64,000 bases of DNA from an uncultured Porphyromonadaceae bacterium (GTDB taxonomy: Bacteria > Bacteroidota > Bacteroidia > Bacteroidales > Muribaculaceae). Positions 1-9,442 of the stretch are shown here, in pieces. The notes beneath the pieces were generated by a model, which was not told where the DNA came from, did not search any database, and worked only from the letters and a program-made list of their open reading frames with translations. The stretch spans positions 486 through 64,485 of the forward strand of contig CABUIC010000009.1 of assembly GCA_902491515.1 (NCBI GenBank). The letters run 5' to 3'. The position numbers and the translations under genes are program-made. Positions within the stretch are counted from its first letter, which is position 1; each line of letters starts with the position of its first letter.

Positions 1-17
1 AACACAATCCCTATATC

Positions 18-1733
18 ATGAAGAAACTGATGCAGAGCGCGCTTCTTGCTGTTGCGGCGCTCGGGTTCAGCCAGCAGGCTCTGGCCGATACCACCATCTA
101 CTACGACAACTCCGCCAGCGGATGGTCCCAGGTCAATATCCACTACTGGGGCGGCCCCGAAACCTCATGGCCAGGCGTGGCAATGACCTCCTCCTCCGAG
201 AACATCTGGGAATTCACCTTCACCGACGCTTCCGGCATCTCGGGCTTCCTCTTCTGCAACGGCGACGGCTCCGACCAGACCGCCGACGTCTCCGGCAAAC
301 CCGCCGCAAACCACCTCTATAAAGGCGCCGGCGGCAAAGGCAAGGTCAGCGACGAAGGCGAGTACAACCCCGACCCCTCCCGTCCTGTCATCACCGCCGA
401 CCCCGCTTCGGGCACGAAGTTCATCGACAACGTTACAGTGACTCTCTCCGTATCCCCCGAAGCCAAGCTCTACTACACCACCGACGGCACTACGGCAACG
501 GCTTCCTCCACGCCCTACACTGCGCCCATCGTGCTGACCGAATCTACGACCATCTCGGTTTACGCCCTCACCGCCGACAACAAGGACAATGTGCGCTCCT
601 TCTCCTACACCAAGCGCCACACCATCCCCGTCGGCGCCAAGAACCTCATCACGGACTACTACAAGGTCAACCCCGACGGCAAGGTGGGCACACGCCGCAC
701 CGTCAATATGTCCTTCGCCAACCAGAAGTCGTCCACGGCCCTCTCCAACTGGTCTGACGCCGACCTCATCGCCCAGGGTGTTGCACGCGACGTCTGCATG
801 GCCATCAAGGGCACCCACGAGCGTCCAGTGATCGACTCCTACGCCATCTACGCCTCCTACGACAACGAAAACCTCTACCTCGGCGCACAGTTCGTCTACA
901 CCGTATGGGATCTCGGCGGCGAAGGCAAGCAGCCCGGCGAATCCAAGCCCTACAACATGGACGGCGCTCTGATCTGGGCCTTCGACCTCGACCCCGAGGA
1001 ATCCTTCGACGGCCGAATCAACGGTCAGGGCCCAATCTGGAACCAGGACAAGAAGGGTATGTTCTTCCAGAACGGCGTGGACGCCGTATGGATCGGCTCG
1101 ACCAAGCCCGGTGTGGGCCAGCCCGGTTTCTTCACCCCCACCCCCGACGGACACGCAAGCTACGACGCTCCCTACCTGAAGTCGATTCCCGGATCTTACT
1201 ACGGGTACGCCGACGGTCTCCTTCCCTCCATCGACCACATCTGGGGACAGGCCCGCTTCGGATATGATCCCGAGAACCTCCTCGGCAACGACGGATTCGC
1301 CGACCTCAAGGACGAAGTGGCTGAAACCGCCCACACCTTCTACGAATGGAAATTCCCCCTCTCCGTCCTCGGAGTCACCGCCGACTTCATCGCCAGCCAC
1401 GGCATCGGCGTGATGTACCTCGACCAGTACGGCACAAGCCCCGTAGGCGGCACTCCCTACGATCCCTCCTACTTCGACAATGTCTCCGAGTCCTATTCCG
1501 CCGACAAGTCGACCTCGATGGAGAAGGAAGACGACGACATCATCACCTTCGCTCCCGCTCGCATCGGCAAGCTCGGCCACTCCACCAGCGGCGTGGATGA
1601 GATTGCCATCGACAACGCCGGCGAAGCCGAGCCCGTGTTCTACACGCTCCAGGGCATCCGCGTGGCTGAGCCCACAACCGGTATCTACATCAAAGTCACC
1701 GGCAAAAAGGCTGAAAAAGTGATGGTTCGCTAA
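18..1733 (+). CDS. Secreted starch-binding protein: CBM26-like module (TIYYDN...WSQVNIHYWGG...WPGVAM), FN3/chitobiase-like domain, unknown domain, C-terminal T9SS sorting domain
   Basis: N-terminal signal peptide MKKLMQSALLAVAALGFSQQALA. CBM25/26-type motif. C-terminus YTLQGIRVAEPTTGIYIKV... closely parallels the C-termini of the 57425 and 24738 proteins (Por secretion tail). Terminator hairpin at 1774-1801. Confidence 0.6.
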   Translation: MKKLMQSALLAVAALGFSQQALADTTIYYDNSASGWSQVNIHYWGGPETSWPGVAMTSSSENIWEFTFTDASGISGFLFCNGDGSDQTADVSGKPAANHLYKGAGGKGKVSDEGEYNPDPSRPVITADPASGTKFIDNVTVTLSVSPEAKLYYTTDGTTATASSTPYTAPIVLTESTTISVYALTADNKDNVRSFSYTKRHTIPVGAKNLITDYYKVNPDGKVGTRRTVNMSFANQKSSTALSNWSDADLIAQGVARDVCMAIKGTHERPVIDSYAIYASYDNENLYLGAQFVYTVWDLGGEGKQPGESKPYNMDGALIWAFDLDPEESFDGRINGQGPIWNQDKKGMFFQNGVDAVWIGSTKPGVGQPGFFTPTPDGHASYDAPYLKSIPGSYYGYADGLLPSIDHIWGQARFGYDPENLLGNDGFADLKDEVAETAHTFYEWKFPLSVLGVTADFIASHGIGVMYLDQYGTSPVGGTPYDPSYFDNVSESYSADKSTSMEKEDDDIITFAPARIGKLGHSTSGVDEIAIDNAGEAEPVFYTLQGIRVAEPTTGIYIKVTGKKAEKVMVR

Positions 1734-1773
1734 AAACAGCAAATAGCACCTCGTAGAGGTGCCACAATGTTAG

Positions 1774-1801
1774 GCAGGGGTTTACGAACCCCTGCTTTTT
1801 T
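1774..1801 (+). terminator. Rho-independent terminator (gcagggg-tttacgaa-cccctgc then T-run)
   Basis: Perfect 7-bp GC-rich stem followed by TTTTTT immediately after the stop of the 18..1733 CDS. Confidence 0.6.
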
Positions 1802-2184
1802 GTATAATCTATTCCCTCCCCGCCTTCGCCACATTTTTAACACTTGGAATTGCCGGTTTTCGCAAGGAAATTCGTAATTTTGCGGCGTCGTTGTGATAAC
1901 GCCAACTTAAAAGAACCTTTTTTCACGACAAGCGTTTATATAGTATATATTCCAATAAGTACAACAACTAATCAATTCAAGAAAGATGAACAATTCAGTA
2001 CTCGACTTAGCAAAAAAGGCAATGAAATGGTATATCAACACCACTGCCGAAGTCTACAACAACAGCAACAGACACTAAAGAACAGTTTAAAAACAATAGC
2101 AGCCGCGCCCTGATCGAGGAACGCGGTTTTTTTAGCACCTCTACAAACGGGGCGAATTTGAATTTTGACACACCTCAGCCCATT

Positions 2185-2892
2185 CTATCTCCCGAATTCA
2201 TAGGATATTGTCATGCCGAGGGAGTTGAGGGTCACGTCGTTCTGCCCGTACCAGTCCCAATTGTTGTTGGAAGTGAGGAGCTGATATGTGAGGGCTACGG
2301 TAAGGGCGCGCGCGGGCTTATTCTTGTCAAAGGCGAAGCGCACACCGAGAGAGGGACGAAGATAGAACTGCGTGGCGCCTCCGATGCGGCCCTTGTTGAG
2401 ACGCAGATAATCGTTGCCGAGCAACCATGCCGCGCCGAACTTCGCCCCCGCATAGAGGCTCACCCCCGGAGCTATGCCGACCTTGAAGCGGAAATCGCTG
2501 AAAACGGGAATCATGGCCTTGGTCCGCGTGCTTCCGTGGTTACCCCACGCCGGCTCCCCTTCGGGAACGACATCGGTATCCTTTTCGCGTGCGGTGGCAA
2601 CCACATCCACACCAAGCCCCACGCCCATATAGAACCAGTCGGCATACTGGAAGCCCTGGGAGGTGCTGACTCCGACGAAATTGGCGCGGTTTTCACCGAA
2701 ACCGGTCAGCCCTGAGAGCTCGACGAAGCCGCGGTAACTCATGGACCCGGAAAGAGCCGGCTGGACAAGCCCCGGAATCTGATTGGCAATCTCATAATAC
2801 TGAGCGTCTGCCCCGGGAGCGGCAAAGAAAGAGAAAACGGCCGTGAGAGCGGCGGCGATGGAGCGTAAAAGATGCGGTGTCTTCATAATCAT
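2185..2892 (-). CDS. Outer-membrane beta-barrel protein (OmpW/porin-like), hypothetical
   Basis: Signal peptide MIMKTPHLLRSIAAALTAVFSFFAAPGADAQ and alternating hydrophobic beta-strand pattern. No specific family recognised. Confidence 0.4.
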   Translation of the reverse strand: MIMKTPHLLRSIAAALTAVFSFFAAPGADAQYYEIANQIPGLVQPALSGSMSYRGFVELSGLTGFGENRANFVGVSTSQGFQYADWFYMGVGLGVDVVATAREKDTDVVPEGEPAWGNHGSTRTKAMIPVFSDFRFKVGIAPGVSLYAGAKFGAAWLLGNDYLRLNKGRIGGATQFYLRPSLGVRFAFDKNKPARALTVALTYQLLTSNNNWDWYGQNDVTLNSLGMTISYEFGR

Positions 2893-2951
2893 TCGTTCTT
2901 GAACAATATGAAAACACCGCAGACGGTCAAATAGTTTGCGCCGGGACGGAG

Positions 2952-4199
2952 TCAGCGGAGAAAGAGGCAGGCGTCGCCGTAGCTCAGAAAGCGGTAGCCG
3001 GCCTTGAGGGCGTGGTCGTAGACCGCACGCCAGTCGTCGCCTATGAAGGCGCCGACGAGGAGCAGGAGCGTCGATCGCGGCTGGTGGAAGTTCGTGACCA
3101 TGCCGGAGACGATGCGGTACTGATAGCCCGGGGCGATGATTATGCGCGTATAGGCGTTGAGGGTGTCGGACTCCTCGGCGTCCAGCCTGTCGACAATAGC
3201 CTGCAAGGCAATCTCGGGGGCCGGAAATTCAGCCGATGAATACGGAGCCCACTGAGGCAGCTCGCCGGTCCATTCTCCGCGGAGTATGGCACACCCGATG
3301 TGATACAGGCTCTCGAGGGAGCGGACGCTGGTTGTGCCGACAGCCACGACCGGACGCCCCGCGAGTATGTATTCGCGCAGCTCGGCGATGAAGTCGCGCG
3401 AGACGGATATGAACTCGCTGTGCATGTCGTGTTCGCCGATACTGTCGGACTTTACGGGGCGGAAGGTTCCGGCGCCGACGTGGAGCGTCAGCTCACGGCG
3501 CGCTATGCCCCGGCGGTCGATTTCGGCAAGCACACGGTCTGTGAAGTGGAGACCGGCGGTGGGAGCGGCAACTGAACCCTCGATGTGGGAGTAGACTGTC
3601 TGGTAATCGGACTCGTCGGAGCTTTCGGAGGCACGGTTGAGATAAGGCGGAATGGGTATTTCGCCGGCCGCCGCGATAATCTCGCTGAAAGACACGCCGC
3701 CTGTCCATGAAAAACGGATTTCGGGCGAACCGTCGGGCCCTGTGGCTCCTGTACGCTCCGCAGTGAGGACGCTCGCCCTACCCTCAGGCAACGACACCTC
3801 CATACTCAGGGTGCCCTCCTTCCAGCGCTTGGCATTGCCGATAAGGCAGCTCCAGGAGCAGGATGCGGACGCGGCGAAAGAGCGCTCATAGTCGGCGGGA
3901 GCGGTAGGCTCGAGGCAGAAAATCTCTATCAGGGCTCCCGAGGGCTTGCGGAAACGAAGGCGCGCGTTGATTACACGGGTATTGTTGTAGACGAGCATCG
4001 AGCCTTCGGGCAGAAGCGCGGGAAGGGATGAGAAAAGTTCGTCGGAAACAGCGCCGTCGGGATGGCGGAAGAGAAGGCGGCATGCGTCGCGCTCGGCCAG
4101 TGGGTGAAGGGCTATTCGTTCCGCGGGAAGGGGATAGTCGTAGTCCGCGATGGTGATTGAGCGGGGATCGGTGGATTGTGCCTGTGGCATATCTTTCAA
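2952..4199 (-). CDS. queA: S-adenosylmethionine:tRNA ribosyltransferase-isomerase QueA (with an internal insertion, 415 aa)
   Basis: N-terminal DYDYPLPAERIALHPLAERDACRLL and LHVGAGTFRPV motifs typical of QueA. Confidence 0.8.
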   Translation of the reverse strand: MKDMPQAQSTDPRSITIADYDYPLPAERIALHPLAERDACRLLFRHPDGAVSDELFSSLPALLPEGSMLVYNNTRVINARLRFRKPSGALIEIFCLEPTAPADYERSFAASASCSWSCLIGNAKRWKEGTLSMEVSLPEGRASVLTAERTGATGPDGSPEIRFSWTGGVSFSEIIAAAGEIPIPPYLNRASESSDESDYQTVYSHIEGSVAAPTAGLHFTDRVLAEIDRRGIARRELTLHVGAGTFRPVKSDSIGEHDMHSEFISVSRDFIAELREYILAGRPVVAVGTTSVRSLESLYHIGCAILRGEWTGELPQWAPYSSAEFPAPEIALQAIVDRLDAEESDTLNAYTRIIIAPGYQYRIVSGMVTNFHQPRSTLLLLVGAFIGDDWRAVYDHALKAGYRFLSYGDACLFLR

Positions 4200-4286
4200 G
4201 AATAGCGTCCCCGCACCGTGAGAAGTGCGGGGACGGATTTAACAAGTGTACGGGGTCCCGCCGGACGAGCCGGACCGCGAAGCGGG

Positions 4287-6710
4287 TTATTTCTCGGACT
4301 TGTGGTGATGGTGGTAGTGGGTCTTGCCGTCCTCGGAAGTGTAGCCGTAGCCGTAGGCGCGGCCCTGCGAGCCGTAGTTGCCGTACTGGCCGTAGCGACG
4401 GTAGAGATACGAGCCGGAACCCATGTCCACGCCGTTGAGGACGATGTAGACCTTCGAGAACTTGCCTTGTGCCACTGCCTGATGGAGCACGCGGAGGCTG
4501 CGGCGGGCGGAGTAGTTCGCGCGGGTGACGTGTATCTGAAGGTCGCTGAAACGCATCACAAGGAAGGTGTCGGAGACAATTCCGATAGGCGCGGAGTCGA
4601 TGATGATGTAGTCGAATTCCTTGCGGAGCTCAAGCATCATGTGCTCCATGGTCGGGGCCATCAGAAGCTCGTTGGGGTTCGGGGCCATGGGGCCGGCGGG
4701 GAGGACGTAGAGGCTGGGGTTGAGACCCGAGGGATGAATGAGGGAGCTGAGGTCCTTTTCCTGTCCCGAGAGATATGTCGTGACGCCGCGGCGGTTGTTG
4801 ATGTTTAAGCGGTGAGCAAGCGAGGGGCGCCGGATATCGAGACCGATTACGAGGGTCTTCTTTCCGGTGAGGGCGTAAGTCATCGCGAGGTTGACCAAGA
4901 TGAAGGTCTTGCCTTCGCCGGAGACAGCCGAGGTAACGAGCACGACCTGATTTTCGGCGCCCTGACGGGTAAAGCCGATGTTGTTGCGGAGGAGGCGGAA
5001 GAGCTCGGCCACAGGGGTGGAGACATTCTCGCCGATGACAACCTCATTGTCTGCAACCTTGCTGTTTACACGGCAGATTTCACCGAGGATGGGCACGTTT
5101 GTGATACGCTCCAGTTCTTCCTGATCCTTGAAAATGGGGAAGATGAGTCGGCGGAGGAGAATCACCACGGCGGGTACGAGGAGGCCTGCGAGAAGGCCGA
5201 CAAGGAGGATTCGGTTCCGCTTGGGAGCCACGGGACCTGAGCCCACGGGGTCGTCGATGAGGCGCGCGGTGTTGGTGGCGAGGGTTTTCTGGAGAGCGAT
5301 TTCCTCGCGGCGCTGGAGAAGGAAGGTGTAGATGTTGACCTTCACCTGCTGCTCGCGGAAGATTTCCTGAAGGCCCTTGTCTATCGGGGGCAGAGACGAA
5401 AGCTGGCCGAGGCTGCGGTTCTCGAGCGTGGCGATAGCGCCGCGACGTGTGGCGATAGTCTTGCGGGTCGTGCCGATATTCTGCAGGAGGCGCTGCTTGT
5501 CGTGCGAGAGGTCTTCCTGCATCTTTGCGACAAGGGGATTGTCGGGCGTGGAGGACTGGAGGGTGCGGTTAAGCTGGAGGACCTTGCGGTTGTAAGCCGA
5601 AATCAGGGAACCGATGGTCTCGTCGGAGACCGCGGAGGGGAGCGTCTCGTAGATTCCGGCAGAGGAAACCATGCGCTCGATGTCGTCGAGGAGACGGAGG
5701 TCGGCGTCGATGGAGGAGAGCTCCTGCTCGAAGCCTGTCTTCTGCGAGAGGTTCATCGAAGCCTGAGCCTCGATATTCACGATCTGGTGTTTCTGCCGGT
5801 ATTCCTGCAGGCGGTTCTCGACGTCCTTCAGCTCGCCGGAAATCAAGACGAGACGGTCGAGGATGAATGCCTCGGTCTGGATAGCCGAGCGATTCTTCTC
5901 CTCGATAATCTGACGGTTGTAGAAGTCGATGATGGCATTGATGATGTCAATGCCTTCCTCGATGACGGGAGTCGCGCAGGTGATGCGTACGATGCTGTAG
6001 GAATTGGGATTGAAGCCAATCTGAAGGGAGCCGGAAATGCGCGCGGCCACGGAGGCGCGGTTGCGGACATAGGCGTAGATAGGTCTTTCGAGATGGTTGG
6101 CTCCCGGGGTCTCGGAGAGGGTGACGGTGCCCTGGGAGAGTTCGACCTCGAGGGGGAACTTGACGTCCTTGAAGACCTTCTTCTCCTTCTCGCCGGCGAA
6201 CTGGGTCTCGACCTTGACATCGAACTTGTCCTTGCCAGAAGGCTCGATGAGGGCGGTGATGGGTGATTTCAGATTGTTGAGCGAGACGGAGTCAAGCCTG
6301 ATCTGCACGGGGTTCGTGGCATATACGGGATAGTTGCGGAAACGGCCCTTGTACGCGTAGCTGTAGGCGAGATTCAGCGAATCGACGATTTCGACGACGG
6401 TGTTGCGGCTCTTGAGCATCTCGAGCTCGGTCTCGTCGATGAACTGCTTGGTGTCGACCAGAGAGGTGCCCGTCATGGTGAGGGCGTTTGAGGCGGAATT
6501 CTTGTCGTCGCTGAGGAAAATGGATGCGCCTACCTCGTAAGTGGGGATAATAGTGGAATAGTAGTAGTAAGCGCAGGCGAGGGCAATAATGCCGCAGACG
6601 GCGAACCACTTCCAGTGGGCGAGGTAGTCGAGCACAAGGCCCATTGAGTCGAAGCCCTCGTCCTCGGAGTGCGAGGAATCGGCCTTGTTCTCGGAGGTGA
6701 AATCTTCCAT
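4287..6710 (-). CDS. Polysaccharide co-polymerase / tyrosine autokinase (Wzc/BY-kinase family)
   Basis: N-terminal Wzz chain-length domain with TM segment. P-loop VLVTSAVSGEGKTFILVNLA. C-terminal Tyr-rich cluster YGYGYTSEDGKTHYHHHH. Confidence 0.8.
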   Translation of the reverse strand: MEDFTSENKADSSHSEDEGFDSMGLVLDYLAHWKWFAVCGIIALACAYYYYSTIIPTYEVGASIFLSDDKNSASNALTMTGTSLVDTKQFIDETELEMLKSRNTVVEIVDSLNLAYSYAYKGRFRNYPVYATNPVQIRLDSVSLNNLKSPITALIEPSGKDKFDVKVETQFAGEKEKKVFKDVKFPLEVELSQGTVTLSETPGANHLERPIYAYVRNRASVAARISGSLQIGFNPNSYSIVRITCATPVIEEGIDIINAIIDFYNRQIIEEKNRSAIQTEAFILDRLVLISGELKDVENRLQEYRQKHQIVNIEAQASMNLSQKTGFEQELSSIDADLRLLDDIERMVSSAGIYETLPSAVSDETIGSLISAYNRKVLQLNRTLQSSTPDNPLVAKMQEDLSHDKQRLLQNIGTTRKTIATRRGAIATLENRSLGQLSSLPPIDKGLQEIFREQQVKVNIYTFLLQRREEIALQKTLATNTARLIDDPVGSGPVAPKRNRILLVGLLAGLLVPAVVILLRRLIFPIFKDQEELERITNVPILGEICRVNSKVADNEVVIGENVSTPVAELFRLLRNNIGFTRQGAENQVVLVTSAVSGEGKTFILVNLAMTYALTGKKTLVIGLDIRRPSLAHRLNINNRRGVTTYLSGQEKDLSSLIHPSGLNPSLYVLPAGPMAPNPNELLMAPTMEHMMLELRKEFDYIIIDSAPIGIVSDTFLVMRFSDLQIHVTRANYSARRSLRVLHQAVAQGKFSKVYIVLNGVDMGSGSYLYRRYGQYGNYGSQGRAYGYGYTSEDGKTHYHHHHKSEK

Positions 6711-6721
6711 AGGCGGCTGAA

Positions 6722-7567
6722 TTAATTTTTGGCGAGGTTAATGACACCGACAACGAGTCCGGCGATAGAGGAAAGTCCGCCGACAATGGTGATTGTGGCG
6801 CCGACGGCGGGGTTGAGAGTCCAGGCATTGTTCTTACGGGAGCTGTTGGGCTCGACGTAGATGATGTCGTTCTGCTGGAGGTTGTAGTAGGGCGAGAGGA
6901 GGAGGTTCTTGTCGGTGAGGTCGAGGCGGTGGATTTCGCGCTTTCCGTCGGCGTTGATGCGGTAGAGAAGCACATTGTCGCGCTGTGCCTGAATGTCGAG
7001 GTCGCCGGCGAGGGCCACGGCCTCGAGGATGTTGAGGCGCTCGTTCTTTGCCTGAATCCTTCCGGGGCTGCGGACCGCGCCGAGCATCGTTACGCTGAAA
7101 TTCATGAGACGCACGTCGACTGAGGGGCGTTCCTTGACATAACGGGGATAAACGCCGCTGAGAATCTCGGCGGCCAACTGGTCCTTGGTCATTCCGGCTA
7201 CGTGAATCTTGCCGAGCATAGGATAGTCAATATCGCCCTTGGCGTCGACGAGATAGAACTGCGTGTTGCTCTCCATCGTGCCCTGGTTGTAACGGTTGCC
7301 GTTAAGGTTGTTGGTATTTATCTTGCCCTCCTCGTCAACGTAAGAACCACGGTTGAAGGGCGCGAGGGCCACGGGATCCGAGCCCGACAGCTCGATATTC
7401 AGAAGGTCTCCGGCCATAAGCACGGGATCTGAAGGCGCGGGAATCTGGGCGAGAACATCAGCGGGAATAACGTCAGCCTGCTGGATATATGTTACCTTCT
7501 TAGGCGCGGTACAGCCTGCGAGGCCCAGAGCCACGGCAAGCGCCACCACAAATTCAAGTTTTTTCAT
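6722..7567 (-). CDS. Polysaccharide export outer-membrane lipoprotein (Wza/BexD family)
   Basis: Lipoprotein signal MKKLEFVVALAVALGLAGC. Poly_export and SLBB-like sequence. Adjacent to and co-oriented with the Wzc-like gene. Confidence 0.75.
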   Translation of the reverse strand: MKKLEFVVALAVALGLAGCTAPKKVTYIQQADVIPADVLAQIPAPSDPVLMAGDLLNIELSGSDPVALAPFNRGSYVDEEGKINTNNLNGNRYNQGTMESNTQFYLVDAKGDIDYPMLGKIHVAGMTKDQLAAEILSGVYPRYVKERPSVDVRLMNFSVTMLGAVRSPGRIQAKNERLNILEAVALAGDLDIQAQRDNVLLYRINADGKREIHRLDLTDKNLLLSPYYNLQQNDIIYVEPNSSRKNNAWTLNPAVGATITIVGGLSSIAGLVVGVINLAKN

Positions 7568-7669
7568 AACAGAAATTTGTGAGGAATAATTGGAGTTTAG
7601 AATACGACTTGATGTAAGTATTGATTATACTGCACTTTCATTTGCGGGGGCAAAGTTAGCTAAAATAGT

Positions 7670-8251
7670 TTAAATATGCAAGAAAAGTCGTCGATAGTAT
7701 TCCGCTTTTTTCTCGAGAGGCATCGGAAAAGCCCGGCTCGTCGACGGCATCCGCCAGATGCGGAGGCCGTCGGGGGCTGTCACGCATTCGCCCATCTTCG
7801 GGAGCTCCGTGCCGGTAATGCCCGCTATGACCGCCGCCGCTTTCTCGCCCGTGGTAGCCACAGTCCGGCATTCAGGCATCCTTTCGAGGAGGGCTTGGAG
7901 GTCCGCCGGCTCGACTATTTCGAGAAACTTGTCCGAAGCGTTGCCCTTCAGCCGCCGCACCGCACGGCCCGTGTCGGAGAGCGCGATGTGCCTATCCGAG
8001 AGCATGGCCTTTATTTTCGGGAGATTGTAGCCCTTTCCTTCGAGGAGAGCGTCCGGCGAGCCGAAAAAGAGGAGCCCGCAGACCTTCCAGAAGTCGTTTG
8101 TGCGGTTGGGGTAGTAGAAATCCATGCTCCAGCGGTGCGGTCCTGGAGGGAAGGTACCCATAATCAGCACTTTCGCGCCCTCGGGAATGAAGGGCTCCCA
8201 GGGATGCCGCTCGAGGGGCGCCGGGGCGTCGTTTGAAAATATTTGGCTCAT
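7670..8251 (-). CDS. Uracil-DNA glycosylase superfamily protein, likely deoxyinosine/hypoxanthine-DNA glycosylase (family 6-like)
   Basis: Motif VLIMGTFPPGPHRWSMDFYYPNRTNDFW resembles the UDG-superfamily motif A region of the Mug/HDG type. Confidence 0.55.
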   Translation of the reverse strand: MSQIFSNDAPAPLERHPWEPFIPEGAKVLIMGTFPPGPHRWSMDFYYPNRTNDFWKVCGLLFFGSPDALLEGKGYNLPKIKAMLSDRHIALSDTGRAVRRLKGNASDKFLEIVEPADLQALLERMPECRTVATTGEKAAAVIAGITGTELPKMGECVTAPDGLRIWRMPSTSRAFPMPLEKKAEYYRRLFLHI

Positions 8252-8328
8252 ATCGTCCGAAATCGGTTTTTATGTGTTATATTTGTAAAAGCTATATCAA
8301 TCCGGCATTAAAAACAACACCCGAAGCT

Positions 8329-8931
8329 ATGTCCCAGTTCTCCGACCGCCTTTTCAGAATCTACACGAGCGAACTTCCCGCCAACGGTTCCGTGCTGATC
8401 TCCCGTCCCTTTCTGGAGGACAGCAATTTCACACGCAGCGTGGTGCTGATGATTGACTGCGAGAACGAGAGCGGCGACGCCCTCGGTGTCATCCTCAACC
8501 GCCCCCTCGACCTCGGAATCAACGACGCCATAAGCGGAATCGACCTCCCGGGCAACCCTACCCTTTACCTCGGGGGGCCTGTGGGTCAGGACCGGCTTGT
8601 GGTGGTCCACACCCTGGGCGAGGAAATCATACCCGACAGCCTGCCCCTCGGCGAAGGGCTCTGGGCCGGAGGCGACTTCGAGGCCGTGAAAGAATACGTC
8701 CGGGGCGGAGGCGAGACCGACGGCTTCATAAAGCTCCTCGTGGGCTACTCGGGATGGGGCGAAGGACAGCTCGCCAAAGAGCTGGACGAAGGGACCTGGG
8801 CCGTAGGACAGCTTGACGTGTCCGAGATGATGGGCCCGGGAGGACCCGATATGTGGAAGGAGGCCGTCAGCCGTCTCGACAAGCGCTACGACTTCTGGAA
8901 ACGGCTGCCCAGGAAGTCGAGTCTCAATTGA
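8329..8931 (+). CDS. YqgE/AlgH family protein (UPF0301)
   Basis: SVVLMIDCENESGDALGVILNRP motif. Start moved to ATG 8329 (MSQFSDRLF) to avoid overlapping the divergent upstream gene. Confidence 0.7.
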   Translation: MSQFSDRLFRIYTSELPANGSVLISRPFLEDSNFTRSVVLMIDCENESGDALGVILNRPLDLGINDAISGIDLPGNPTLYLGGPVGQDRLVVVHTLGEEIIPDSLPLGEGLWAGGDFEAVKEYVRGGGETDGFIKLLVGYSGWGEGQLAKELDEGTWAVGQLDVSEMMGPGGPDMWKEAVSRLDKRYDFWKRLPRKSSLN

Positions 8932-9442
8932 GCTTCTGATATAATATCACATCGATAAAACGTCGTCCGACGCGCAGCCACGAGCGCAGCCGGCCGCAGG
9001 TCTTGTACCCGGCTTTCTCGAAAAGGGCGCGGGAGGCCTCGTTGCCGGCCGAGACCTCCGCCGCGAGCTGGTGGGCGCCGAGAGGCCCGAAAGCATAGGC
9101 GGAGAGAAGCGAAAGGGCGTGCGACGCCACTCCACGCCGACGGTAGCGTTCTTCGACGAAAATAGCCACGAACCCCCGGCGGTCCCTGGCCGAGAAGTCG
9201 TAAATATCGACGGAACCGACGGTCTCGCCCGTTTCCGTAAGATCAATCATAAACCGGAGAGAACCTGTTTCGTCTATGTCGGCCGAATAGTTCTCGATAT
9301 AGCGCTCGAGCATCCGGCGGGAGACAGGCGCCATGACCGTAGTCGAGTCCGGGGACTCGGGAGCGTTCTCATGCCGGAAGAGGGCGTCGAGGTCGGAAGG
9401 CTCGGGAGCACGGAGAGTGATAAGGCTGTCTGAAATCTTCAT
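8924..9442 (-). CDS. GNAT family N-acetyltransferase (RimJ/RimL-like)
   Basis: Acetyl-CoA binding motif RRGVASHALSLLSAYAF...FEKAGY. Confidence 0.7.
   Translation of the reverse strand: MKISDSLITLRAPEPSDLDALFRHENAPESPDSTTVMAPVSRRMLERYIENYSADIDETGSLRFMIDLTETGETVGSVDIYDFSARDRRGFVAIFVEERYRRRGVASHALSLLSAYAFGPLGAHQLAAEVSAGNEASRALFEKAGYKTCGRLRSWLRVGRRFIDVILYQKLN

Noticed and set aside
165-1742. 525-aa minus-strand ORF antisense to the first CDS, along with the many similar long antisense ORFs (21968-24466 +, 25047-26378 -, 38046-39206 +, 42951-44285 +, 57605-58393 -, 58403-59260 -, 11840-12730 +, 18087-19310 +, 12842-14101 +).
   Set aside because: All are shadows of well-supported genes on the opposite strand in 60% GC DNA. 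Their products are low-complexity (Gly/Ala/Val/Arg-rich) with no recognisable motifs.
1844-2113. 89-aa ORF from the track spanning the AT-rich pocket.
   Set aside because: The long frame crosses the GC to AT transition and has a Gln-run low-complexity tail. Only the shorter internal 30-codon frame with its terminator was kept, as a low-confidence finding.
2952-4199. QueA being unusually long (415 aa) as a sign of fusion or novelty.
   Set aside because: The extra length is an internal insertion (about 60 aa) flanked by conserved QueA segments. That is plausible lineage-specific variation and no second domain was recognised.
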